Origin: a virus
IMG/VR virus record: IMGVR_UViG_3300026118_000001
Span: 1-64,000 of that record
Reading direction: 5' to 3' (one strand)
Length of the DNA stretch: 64,000 bases
A program made the position numbers and the translations under genes. The notes under the pieces were generated by a model that did no database searches, was not told where the DNA came from, and saw only the letters and a list, made by a program, of their open reading frames with translations. This document shows positions 39,101 through 47,400 of this stretch, piece after piece (positions within the stretch are counted from its first letter, which is position 1; each line of letters opens with the position of its first letter).

Positions 39101-40658
39101 TTGGATAACCAGCTACTTTTTTAAATTCTTCTTCTGATAGTCCTTTTAAATCTTCATATTGAGAAATTAATAATTCTGTAGCATTATTATCAATGAATTG
39201 TTTAGCAATTGATTTATTTTGATTGAATTCAGCATTCAAATAATCAAATTTACTATTATTAATTAATGCTTCAGTTTTTTCTTTCTCATAATTTGTTGCT
39301 CTAACAAAATTAGAAAATGTATTTATAGTTTTTTTAACTTCAGGATTATTTAATAATTCTGCTGCTTTTTGTGTAGCTTGATTCTGTGCACTTATCTCTC
39401 CTTTAGCTTGGATAACACTAGTAGGCCCCCCCATTAATGCACCTAAGAAGAAATTTTCAAGTCCTTCTTCAGTTCCTAATGTTTGTTTAAATCCTTCAAC
39501 TAAGGATTCAATCATTCCATGTTGATCTTTTTTATCTTTAAATCCTTGAGAATAATAATCTGTTAATGTTTTTTGTGTTAATAATTGACCAAGTTCTTGA
39601 GATCCTTCTTCTAGTGAACCTTTAAGTCCTTCTGTAGAAACTTCTCTTAATATTCCTTTAGTTTCTGGAATATATTTTCCATTAACTAATTCAATATCAT
39701 TTAGTTTTAATTTGTTAGCTTTAAATCCTTGAGAAAGTAGTTTTGGAAATAATAAAGCATTTGTAGTTCCTGTAATAGCTAAATTAGAAGCATAACCCCA
39801 ATTACCAGCAGCCTTAGAAGCATCATCTATTTGTTTAAGTACTTCATCATTTGGCTCTTCACCATTATGTTTATCTTTATAATCTAATATTAATTGATCT
39901 TTTGTATCATTATAGATTTGTCTAGATTCAATAGCAGATTCACCATGTGACATTAATGCAGCATTCTTACTAAAATCAACAGCATTAGCTATTTTAATTC
40001 CTCTTGAAGCATCATCTAGTGCTACTAGTCCTTCAGTTGCTAATGTAGTTTCATTTATTAATTTTCCAGATTTAGCTAATTTAGCTAAACTTGCATATTT
40101 ATTTAATCCCCAACCAGTAGCAATTGCAGCACCCATATAAGCTGCTCCAGATAATGCTTGTTCAGACCAGAAATTAGCTGTTCCAAGTTTTTGAGCTAAA
40201 TTATAATCTTCTTCTGCTTTAGTATGATAATTAGGCATAGCTTTAGCTATGTAATCATTCATTTCATCTAAAGAATCAGTAAAATCATTTTTATATAATC
40301 TATTAATATCTTCATTATGAATAGCAGAACCAATACCATATAATAACCCTCCAGTATTTTCTAATATAGAACTTCCAGCAATTCCTGCTGCTTTAGTTAT
40401 ACCATTAGCCCATTTATCTGTTAATGGTTGTCTTTGTGCTCTAATTTCACCTAACTGACTTACATTTTCAGGTGTTACACCTTCATCATATTTAGATTCT
40501 CCAACACCATATTGACCTAATTGAATATCTCTACTTTGAGGAGTTTTTTGTAATTCCTCATTTATTAAACTATGTAAAGATAAATTTGATGTTTGTGTTA
40601 GTTGTTCTGTAGCTTTCTTATTTTCTTGTATTAATTTTCTTAAATCAAGTCTTCCCAT
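30156..40658 (-). CDS. virion-packaged RNA polymerase (crAss-like), multidomain
   Basis: 3500 aa; catalytic loop AGSDFDNDKL (~32871-32900), RIPGQ, DAQGW; zincin HEAFH; C-terminal histidine-phosphatase-like domain. Confidence 0.85.
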   Translation of the reverse strand: MGRLDLRKLIQENKKATEQLTQTSNLSLHSLINEELQKTPQSRDIQLGQYGVGESKYDEGVTPENVSQLGEIRAQRQPLTDKWANGITKAAGIAGSSILENTGGLLYGIGSAIHNEDINRLYKNDFTDSLDEMNDYIAKAMPNYHTKAEEDYNLAQKLGTANFWSEQALSGAAYMGAAIATGWGLNKYASLAKLAKSGKLINETTLATEGLVALDDASRGIKIANAVDFSKNAALMSHGESAIESRQIYNDTKDQLILDYKDKHNGEEPNDEVLKQIDDASKAAGNWGYASNLAITGTTNALLFPKLLSQGFKANKLKLNDIELVNGKYIPETKGILREVSTEGLKGSLEEGSQELGQLLTQKTLTDYYSQGFKDKKDQHGMIESLVEGFKQTLGTEEGLENFFLGALMGGPTSVIQAKGEISAQNQATQKAAELLNNPEVKKTINTFSNFVRATNYEKEKTEALINNSKFDYLNAEFNQNKSIAKQFIDNNATELLISQYEDLKGLSEEEFKKVAGYPIEKPLPHSKEQIINDAISLVKTLDKTNNSIHELFPYKQEVYESPEKYNTLTTNLWHYSTSISNIDKRVKQIHSDIYKIAAENDATITGLGTPESPFTVDGNPMVAQQVNQANKDLHLAKLYKDKLIESYNLLADPKTQKKTLNDIIDTSEEESKESNIVEEIPLPKVTDEPLISKSKASKEIQDFVQKIMDTESLTDPKDLQFYENNKAEIEKELKFQTTPQSTKVDNEPIISNVESPTTINEDPLFINKEFILDDSNDVGRKANTPFKTNGGIDNGQKPSEDRYFKTTETIVLDEHKLLVVTKATNPELYSQILDNDPTAKEYEKKHPDFKGVWTILVDKENNPVLEEDKFIQSTLETAQRISDNKIDIGRGLSKEDKSKAKEKAIKDLNSLRDEILLLKNNDVKYLPIIGKSNGLMIETDENANIIHSAFEDKINGERQSNNLLGRIFDKNIKYDEIPLTLPTFNLIFNNIKVLPGKLYTKDGNRRIFDLIPRNLNVDEASLIIDLINKKLNTKEKDLDFDPIDEIKKITTFFKSNKPSDIYINSDGRLVFDNNELTKEEIESNRSKIIDFLLTKKVNVNNKYIKGESFTKPDINGRGENVHYNEYLLSGEVPMFGTDLKPIVDLNGRPNRRFIQSYFIYDNKLIENKLKEKVDLETSERIEDNTSPIITEEIKPIKKEFKKRSGDKVLDRLKKRNQDRNKLSQEEINWFKERFPNIPINFIQGLIEQKSLGQFLSSGEVLLSDEATIGTLHHEAFHVITQLYLTKEEIDKLYNEASKKYSNKSRKELEEILAEDFVSYKLGGKVLNNSPQRNTIFRRILSFLKDLLGISSTNIQQVYERLDKGYYTNKKLVNTKEFSSLNRDENTKRITNEKGTKFVKDVLDGIDILFFDYIFDNGRTPVIANSHVNKITDKIHDIIDDKYQNSVDEKQIKDYEYILENWDDIINMWKTRININGVEIVTKIENNIEEIKNEDEELSKDEQLDEHSSKGDYSEGNLTSTLESISSPVRLLIRSLKQVNITNDLGFSIPVDFTSTYNYLLKNLAGTGNNYSDIYNKIESLIEFKPEFQELIDRLGAPSSDISVEQFRFQTQFTQDFNKNRYNAIVTIYEPNGNIIPVDTNRQNEAEKVKTIWEANLLLHTKQDEKGKLIINKDVINEKDPFVFLDKLGIIFDKNTQKIINDKDFNLNDLNDSVAAIKIYIDKKNGDVTNLYNSGKEEDGIAGRINYLLTLEANNTSLVNELSYMSTEGKTVYSVSDNNALSITTNIINNVNSIEELFLKLPHLNTVGAENSFWLNELFNPKTGLRNKNIKLNLELHDGVASSKESEDVSKISTRKGTKGDLFTQNIASILNGKSNYIVSADKSQEFVLGLSNKLPVSIELLKSGFNTIKLKEIFRGYFKSEFKGIALFKLDGIGTNVDGYSKNGSDFTIFNEILLKSSKVNIKEILKSKLDDLKFKEVKYNESKEELDELVNSLLPDLDKLVIDFFESYSRQLNNSLKENNINEFGIPKEYTDKYPKEQLIRAIVVTDFINSIEQTKLFIGNLAFYKDLYKRTAMFAGTKLIPRVDEETNDFLNKNFIRSDNKLADGNENSIVYNDVTTTKDIKELVDTYIKSGVSEEAAYNILGYEKTESEEFKGISAYGKADEGDAQGWGSLDFIREFHNRVGTWTNKMENAYQIIQKQKFDNEGNLIEGKLLTKDELTYFQTLKLQYAGPINHGSTQQLFVPGGYKFTIMPLIPQMVAGKNLSKLLENMKSNKSGIALFKSASKFGTILNKDGKANPFYTNNNHGEINNADLVIQSISYNYLGLQVKPSPPKDKYIFSTQFRKTMLINAFENGKETFEGAEKLLSTFSNLIEEKTKIEKDKLIKELGINPDTYVAEDVTKLVDMLVEYSENRKLTDNIINSLDIEEKEGKKVLKYNIDSMVNKTKLDSVLMSIIDARLIKQKYNGDAYVLGTVAGMEKLGNRPIGSNNALRGYTKDTSGNTLPAEVMIPLSESYYPLLKKFGSLKAVNEAIKNGDIPNKVLELVGCRIPGQGMNSNEYLTIKEFLPEDAATTMIVHPDIVAKAGSDFDNDKLYTYRPNLDENGNYIEDNIDNKTIQVIKDFISNPHNFISLITPNSTSIISPIVDDIKYIDYLNDKTEANNELISKGREPKKILTKEEYFEAQNSKDKKINYTALLKLQNKINARYKLWLAKDEVGLSAIANAYGPLSQLSGLTANKSYINAAGEEIKVNINLIHNEIRDVFNLGALKDAENNHNISEINNQLINIIVDAAKDEIPMVSYLNMTMDTLPIYLYLNKLGVPFEHIANFMTQPIILDYIEEINKNKSIFLKSTGKNQRNTEITKQIKKKYSNLVSEKDIENKILSLKELKDFKLIENQSTKEFELFQLQVFNDFLKYKEQASLFNDAVRVTNSDTAGLGQNINSSRLKLEEINKVQKTNFINGVNEIINKTFIKSFQQDEFAISSYKQFYDTQKEEIINNILGLANELENPFKSSRKEKLKMINLIENDFINFVIQNYGYKNINAIRKRLFEGENSVAKKLLELKNKKEENLNEDEKQLRNNILIKELFPLIDKAALNYDNVKIFTKKLDTFTSNQLTEAFRELKNSNLSLGNELIHVGILQSGLNNSPITYLGIIPFEYYNQLVKDSFEEFNKKNGAEILPKFNELFIRNNNKIVPTIFKNLQLSALGNGMYGKDYDVNKATKGFNVKYIPITTPLKITIENISPKVEPVKVGNLIVFEHGEDVPSSKDVINGQSDTNLTKEGKEQASNLGKELKIQGITSLITSPIERVIQTAEIIKKEQNIPYYTDENLKTMNMGNWEGEVKENEYDEKLWSNPINEEEKINPKAESFKQFRERALKAWNIIKKLDDKNVAILTSSKMIKMFNAYNQTNGIWNEEARNIYLSNEINKEENKLPIQEKITNIGEKFELSKEQYNELKSDIEFLFEFQPQLKEELLKELNEVHDDESLGKLIEKKCK

Positions 40659-40659
40659 T

Positions 40660-42447
40660 CTATTGAGTTGTATGTGGTTTTAACACTGTTGTTTCACTAC
40701 CTAAATAACCAGAATTTTTATAAACTTCTCTTTCTGCTTTTCTAATCTCATCTAAAGTTGTTTCTTCTGATTGTATAGGTTCTCCATTTTCATCTGCTAT
40801 ATATTTAACATATCTAGTGGATACTTTACCATCTTTTTTAATTTGTGGAATAACTGCAATCTTAACATCTGGTCTTGATTCAAATGGAGTTATTGTTGTA
40901 GGAGTAAATGATTTTCTAGCTTCATTGATTGCTTGAGAAGTTCTAAAAATTGTTTTAGCTTCTTCATCTGGAGAAATCATAACTCTTCTTGTTTCTCCAT
41001 CACTATTTTTTACTTCAATATAATAACTTCCAGCAACTGGTCCAGCTTGTGTATATCCACTTATTCCTTTTTCTAACTGTTTATCAAATTCTTCTTCTGG
41101 TATATCTAATTCTTCTAATACAGTTTTGAAAGTACCATCTAAAGTTTTACCTTTATCATCATATAAATAGAAGTTTCTTTGTAACTTATTATTTACAAGG
41201 GCTTCTCCTATATTCTTTTTAGCAACATTTGACATACTAATTAAAGGTATTGATTCTTCTGATTGAGATTTAATTGCTTTTCTATAAGCTTCAACTTTCT
41301 CTTTAGGTTTTAAATCTCTTAATTCTGGATGATTTTCATCTAAACTTTTAATGAAGTTTTCATTTTCTATTGTTTTATTAATATCAATTTTAGATTCTCC
41401 TTTTGGTGTAACTCTTACTCCAGGACTCATTCCAGGAATTGAAGATCCATATGGAGTGGCTTCACTTGTATATGCAGTTGTTTTTACAGGTTTTAAATTA
41501 CCTTTTTCATCAAATTGTATATCTTTAGATTTATCTTCAATAAGATCTCCAGTTAAAGCTTCAGATTGTGTTGATGTACCTAATATTTCAGCTTCAGATT
41601 TTTTATTTCCAATATATTCTGGAGCATATTGAAAATCTTTTGCAGATTTAGTATTAGCAAATATTTGATTTTCTCCTTCTCTTTTTAAATTATCAAAAGC
41701 AGCCAAACTTAAATCTTGTTGTGTTGCATTTGGATGTGATGCTAAAAATTTATCTTTGAAATATTGAGAATCTTGATGCTGTAAAAATAATGGTACTTTA
41801 GCAGCAGCCACTCTATCTACATCTTGTCTTGCTACTTGTTCCCAACCAGCTTTTTTGCCAATAACATTACCACTTTCATCAATATCATACCATTCTTTAC
41901 TAGTACCAGAAGGTTTTATTCCCTTCATCATATCTTGAATAACAGGATAATGCTTTTGTACACCTTTCATTCCAGTATAACTAAAAGGTGTTACTCTATC
42001 TTCTTTTGGTTGAATATATTTATAAGGATCATATTCTTTAGAAAGAGGATCATATTCTCCTTTAGAATATCTTTCTTCTTTATCTTTCTGGTATTGTAAA
42101 TAATTTTGATAATTTGATTCTAATTGTAATCTATTAGGATCATTAGCAAATTGTCTTTTTAAATTATGTACTTTATATTTTGTTTCAGGACTTCCTCCAG
42201 TTTTAATATATTCATCAGCTAATTGACTAATTTGATTATTGTAATCTTGAATTAATTTATTTCTATGAGGAGTATGTAATGGATCAGCATTCACTTTTAT
42301 TAGTGATTGTGCATCTTGTATATCTTCAATACCTTTATCATATTCATGTTGTTGTCTTCTATAGTTATTTTCTATATTTTCCAATGGTAATGGAACATAA
42401 GAACTTACTATAGGTCTTTCGTAGACTCTAGACCAGCGATCAGCCAT
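40660..42447 (-). CDS. putative virion cargo/ejection protein
   Basis: 595 aa, SYVPLP N-terminus, directly upstream of RNAP. Confidence 0.55.
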   Translation of the reverse strand: MADRWSRVYERPIVSSYVPLPLENIENNYRRQQHEYDKGIEDIQDAQSLIKVNADPLHTPHRNKLIQDYNNQISQLADEYIKTGGSPETKYKVHNLKRQFANDPNRLQLESNYQNYLQYQKDKEERYSKGEYDPLSKEYDPYKYIQPKEDRVTPFSYTGMKGVQKHYPVIQDMMKGIKPSGTSKEWYDIDESGNVIGKKAGWEQVARQDVDRVAAAKVPLFLQHQDSQYFKDKFLASHPNATQQDLSLAAFDNLKREGENQIFANTKSAKDFQYAPEYIGNKKSEAEILGTSTQSEALTGDLIEDKSKDIQFDEKGNLKPVKTTAYTSEATPYGSSIPGMSPGVRVTPKGESKIDINKTIENENFIKSLDENHPELRDLKPKEKVEAYRKAIKSQSEESIPLISMSNVAKKNIGEALVNNKLQRNFYLYDDKGKTLDGTFKTVLEELDIPEEEFDKQLEKGISGYTQAGPVAGSYYIEVKNSDGETRRVMISPDEEAKTIFRTSQAINEARKSFTPTTITPFESRPDVKIAVIPQIKKDGKVSTRYVKYIADENGEPIQSEETTLDEIRKAEREVYKNSGYLGSETTVLKPHTTQ

Positions 42448-42453
42448 ATTTAA

Positions 42454-44286
42454 TTATCTATTAGATGATGTATTATATTTATTTCTTAATACTGGATATT
42501 GTTGATTTAACCAATTTAAATAATCCATATCTTGTTGTGTTGCTTTATTACCTAAAGCTCCTTGAGCAACAACAGTACCAATTTGTCCAACATTACCTGT
42601 TTTAAAATCTCTATTTGCTGTAACATCATGCTGTCTATCAATATTTCTTTGAGTTTGCATTTGAGCAATTGGTAATTGTGCTTGATTATAAGTGGAGGTA
42701 TTCATTTGGTCATATTGTTGTTGAATACCTGCTTTATTTCTAGTTAAATTTGATTGTAATCCAGCTAATGAACTCAAATAAGCACTAGAATTTCCACCAG
42801 AATTAACTCTTGCTTGTTCTCTCAACATTCTATTCTCCTGATCTGCTATTTGTAAAGCATTTGATGGATTATATTGTTTAAATTCAGGTTTAGCTATATC
42901 ATAAGTTTCAGGTGCTTTATTAGTAGCTAAAGCATATGTAGGGCCTAATAAGTTTCCAGCCATTATAGCTGCATCTTGCCAACTTGGTTTTGCTCTCATA
43001 CTTGGTTGTTGACTTGGTAATTTACTATATTCTCTATCAAATCCTGATTGAATAATATCAGATGTTGTATCCACTTCATCTAATGGATAATCATCTATTA
43101 TACCACCAGATGGATATTTCATTCCACCATAAGCATATTGTATTTCTTCTGGATGATCTTCTGGTCTTTGATAATGAGAACCACTATCTTCATTATTAAT
43201 ATTTAGTTTAGATATATCAACTCCAAGTTTTTTTGCATATTCATTTACTTTTGATTTTTTTAATAATTCTTGTTTATTAAATATTTCACTAAGTTTTTGT
43301 TGTTTTAATTGCATATTTAATTCTGCTGTTGATCTTGCTAATGAAGAAGATTTTTTATTATCTAAAACTTTTTCTTCTTTATTCACTTTATATTTTTCTG
43401 CCAATTTAGCAAAAGTTTTCTTTGATTCTGGATCTTTAAGTCTATCAGAATAAATTTGTGTACCATTTGGAATATTAACAGGAATACCTCCTTGTGCATG
43501 AGAATTTCCATCCACTTGCATTGTAGAACCATTTGGTGATCTCATTAATTCTTCATTTTCAATTTCAGCATTAGGATTTTCATTATCTATTGACATTCCT
43601 CCATTAGCATAAACTCCTTTTGGAATATGATAACCACCATAATTATATTTTTTAGAAGTTGGAGCTATTATTTGTTTCTTTATTGGAGGATAAAAATTAT
43701 TTAAATTAGCTAATGGAGTTACATATTTTTGTTTAGTTCCACCATTAGGAAAATAATCACTTGGAGTTAATGTAAATCCTTGAACTCCTCCATTATTATA
43801 ATTATATACTTCAGCATCATTTAAAAAATCTTGATGTATTCCACCATCTTCATGTTTCCATTTAGCCGCATTCCTAGCAAAATTAGCCATTTGTCTTACA
43901 TGAGGATTTTTAGAATGTAGTGCCTCTTCTGTAGTTTTACCTGTTCTTTGTTTATAAGCAGTAAATCTACCTTTATGTGAAGGTTTAATATGAATTCCAC
44001 CATTTTTATAAGCTGCTTGTGGAGCACCTTCAACTAATGGAGAATTTCTCATATTATTTATTTGTGTGCTATTTATTTTATTTAAATTTTGTTGATTTAA
44101 ATAATCTTTATCCTGCTGGTTTTGTTTTTGTTCTTGTAAATAACCTAAACCAGCACCAATTCCAGCACCTGCTAATGCTCCCCAAGGTCCAAATTCCATT
44201 CCAATTCCAGCACCAGAGATTGCACCATTTAATGCTCCTCCATATGGATAAATTTCTGTTTTTGCTTTTAACTTTGGTTTCTTCAT
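42454..44286 (-). CDS. putative virion cargo protein with repeated Y/H-x-x-GG motifs
   Basis: N-terminal glycine zipper; IHIKPSHKGRFT...ANFARNAAKW; NAEIENEE...GNSHAQGG blocks familiar from crAss-like cargo proteins. Confidence 0.6.
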   Translation of the reverse strand: MKKPKLKAKTEIYPYGGALNGAISGAGIGMEFGPWGALAGAGIGAGLGYLQEQKQNQQDKDYLNQQNLNKINSTQINNMRNSPLVEGAPQAAYKNGGIHIKPSHKGRFTAYKQRTGKTTEEALHSKNPHVRQMANFARNAAKWKHEDGGIHQDFLNDAEVYNYNNGGVQGFTLTPSDYFPNGGTKQKYVTPLANLNNFYPPIKKQIIAPTSKKYNYGGYHIPKGVYANGGMSIDNENPNAEIENEELMRSPNGSTMQVDGNSHAQGGIPVNIPNGTQIYSDRLKDPESKKTFAKLAEKYKVNKEEKVLDNKKSSSLARSTAELNMQLKQQKLSEIFNKQELLKKSKVNEYAKKLGVDISKLNINNEDSGSHYQRPEDHPEEIQYAYGGMKYPSGGIIDDYPLDEVDTTSDIIQSGFDREYSKLPSQQPSMRAKPSWQDAAIMAGNLLGPTYALATNKAPETYDIAKPEFKQYNPSNALQIADQENRMLREQARVNSGGNSSAYLSSLAGLQSNLTRNKAGIQQQYDQMNTSTYNQAQLPIAQMQTQRNIDRQHDVTANRDFKTGNVGQIGTVVAQGALGNKATQQDMDYLNWLNQQYPVLRNKYNTSSNR

Positions 44287-44330
44287 AATTTTAATTGTTA
44301 TATGTTTTCTTTACATATATCTATCTATTA

Positions 44331-44365
44331 TAAATATACGTTTAATTTTTGAATTTTGCAACTTA
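44331..44365 (-). promoter_or_regulatory. phage promoter motif TAAGTTG-N19-GTATATTTA
   Basis: Intergenic, upstream of the cargo/RNAP operon. Confidence 0.7.
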
Positions 44366-44422
44366 ATTACATTATAAATTGTTATAATATAATTTATTTA
44401 ATTATAAGTATAATTTTATTTA

Positions 44423-47400
44423 TTATCTAGGAGATTGTCTAAATTCTGTTGTTATAAGACTTGTTTTTAATAAATTACTATTTGGATTATTATATTGTAA
44501 TTCAATATTAATGTATTTATCTCTCATTCTTTCACCAAATAATTTTCTTGTTGCTGATATATCTATCATAATATCAGGACTATTAGAAGTTGTATATAAT
44601 ACCCTATTTCTAGGAATATCTAACTTCCATATTCTTTCTGGTCTTCTAATATTATTATCTACTATTAAATCTATCCAATCAGTATTCTGATAGTCATTTG
44701 TAACTCTTATTTTCTTCCAAGTATCATCATTATTGTTAATATTTGGATTATTTTCATTAACCGATTGTGTAATTATTTCAAGATTATCAAATACTTTAGT
44801 TTCATTTGGAGAATCATTAACTATATATTTTATAGTTGATGGTTGTTTTACTCCATAAAATTCATTATAATTTCCTTTCTCATTTACATAAATAGTTTGA
44901 ATGTCATCAAATGTAAATACATTTGTATAATCTGATATATATAGTTTTGGAACAAATGATTTGAAAGAAACAAATGTACCAGTTAAATTACTATAAGTAA
45001 TAGTAAATGAACTTTGAATTCCATTTACTAATCCATTATGTACTGTATAATAAATTTTATCTCTAAGTACATCATAAATTGCTGATATACCACTTAATCC
45101 ATTAGGATTGACATCCCAACAAGCTTTATCTATTAAATCATGTTTAAAGTTCTTGATTAAATAAGCATATAATCCTTTAACATCTGATATAGGAGCCATT
45201 GAAGATCCATCTTTAGTATTTTGGAAATTCATTAGTTTCTTTAGATTTGTATCCATCCAGAATAATCCAGATTTAGTATTTAAAATACTTCCTTGATGTC
45301 TAGTTCCACTAGTATTAGAAATATAATCATGTCTTTGTAACTTATTACCAAATCCTAATTGAATTTGAGAGTCCACATCAGGATTATTTAAATCTCCAAT
45401 GAACACTCTAGGATTAACTTGTAATATACCAAATGCTCTATCTTGCCAGAAAAACATTTTACTATCATGATTTATAATTCCATTTATTTCTCCATATTGA
45501 CCATCAGCATCCCATACATCTCCAATAGGAAAAACACTCCAATTATCAACTAATTCTCCATTAATCTTGACATTTGAAGCAGCAAATCTATTAATCCATT
45601 TATCCACTTGAAAGAAAGTTGATGGGGGAGGAAAATAACTTCTAAGGTTATCTTCTGCTGAATATACAGTAAAATAATTTCCTGATTCTATAATATCAGC
45701 TTCATTGTTATTAGCATCTAATGTATAAGTATTATTGGCTCTATCACCAGGTAATAAATCAATATTTATATCAGTTTCTAATGGTACTGTATGTATAATT
45801 CCTCTTATATATCCTGTTGAATTTCCCCAATTTTTTCTATAAGTGAGAGAATCATATAAACAAACAAATATATCTCCTCCAAATACTTCTGGAGTTTCTA
45901 TTGGATCAGCAATTATACCTAATGGAATTGGTCTAAAATGCCCACATGATATATATGTATTTTCAGATCTATCTGAATATGTTCTTCCTCCATATTGTCC
46001 AGGATTATCAATAACAATATTAGATATTATAATTGAACTATTTCCAACACTTGCTAAACTATTTTGAGTTTCTATAAAATAAGCATATTGACCAAAATTA
46101 TCTTGGGCAACATTTGGATCAGAATAATTAATTGTTCTATTATTTATAGATAGACCACTTGATGTGTTTATTTCTGAATTTGGATAACTTTCTTGTCCTG
46201 ATAAAAGAGTTGATTGAATTATTGGATTTGCTATATTATAACTTGGTGGTGAAGATATACCATAATATTTAAATGTATATTGGTCACTACTACTTGGACC
46301 AGTATAATGTACAGAATTAGTTAAACTTAATTGTTGTACAGTTTTTAATTTCATTGATGTATCAATAGTTTTTCCACTTCTTCCAACTCTTGGATAATGT
46401 ATAAAAAATTTATTTATTGGAGAACCTGCTAAATTTTGTATATTTATTCCCAAATCAGCAACTAAACTGTTTGATCTTTGTATAGCAGAATTAATAAAAC
46501 CTTGATTAATAATTGTTCTATCAGCATATTTTCTCTGTACCCTTACTATTGAATATCCTCCAATACTATCAGAAATTTGATCTAGTCCTGATATAGAAAA
46601 TAATATACCTAGTGTTCTTGTTTGTGCTTGTAATGCTCCAGTGCTACTTGTAGTTAATGTTAATGTTCTAAAATCTCCTGAAGGACTTGTTGGATTTGAT
46701 TGAAAATGATCTGGAAATTTAATATCACCTATCCATTTAACAAATAAAGGTTGCATAGATTTTGTAAAAAATTGAATACCAAATCTGTAAACTTCTCCTC
46801 TCATATATCCTTTTAATAATCCAGAATATTGAGGATTTTTATAAGTACTATAAAATGTAGAACCATTACCATTTGAATAACGTTGATAATCTATTGGACT
46901 TTTTACTAATAAATTTTGAGAAACATTTTCTGGATAGGCTATAAACCAAGGAGCAAATGCTGCTGAATTAGTTACACCTCCATCAACATTTATTTGTTCT
47001 GTTATAAATGTATATGATACATTTGGTCCAGCTCCTCCTAATACATTAGTGTTGGGTTTATAATAGCAAGCATTACCACTTGTATAATCATTAATACAAT
47101 CAGAAGTTTGTGGTAATGCAGAAGCAGCAGCTAGTGTGTATGATGAATTTATATTATTATTTGTAAGTCTTATATCTTGAGAATTTGGAGAAAAAGATCT
47201 GAATGCTCTAGCATCAAAATTATCTAATGTATTAACTAATTCATTCTTTAAGTTTGCAGCAATTAATAAATTATCTTTTTCAGCAATTGTCTTACAATGT
47301 GTAAATCCATTATATTGTTGTACAGAGGCTTGTGAATCTGTTATTATTATACCATTTACAATAGCTGATTGATCTACAGAAAAAGTGATTGAAGATTGAT

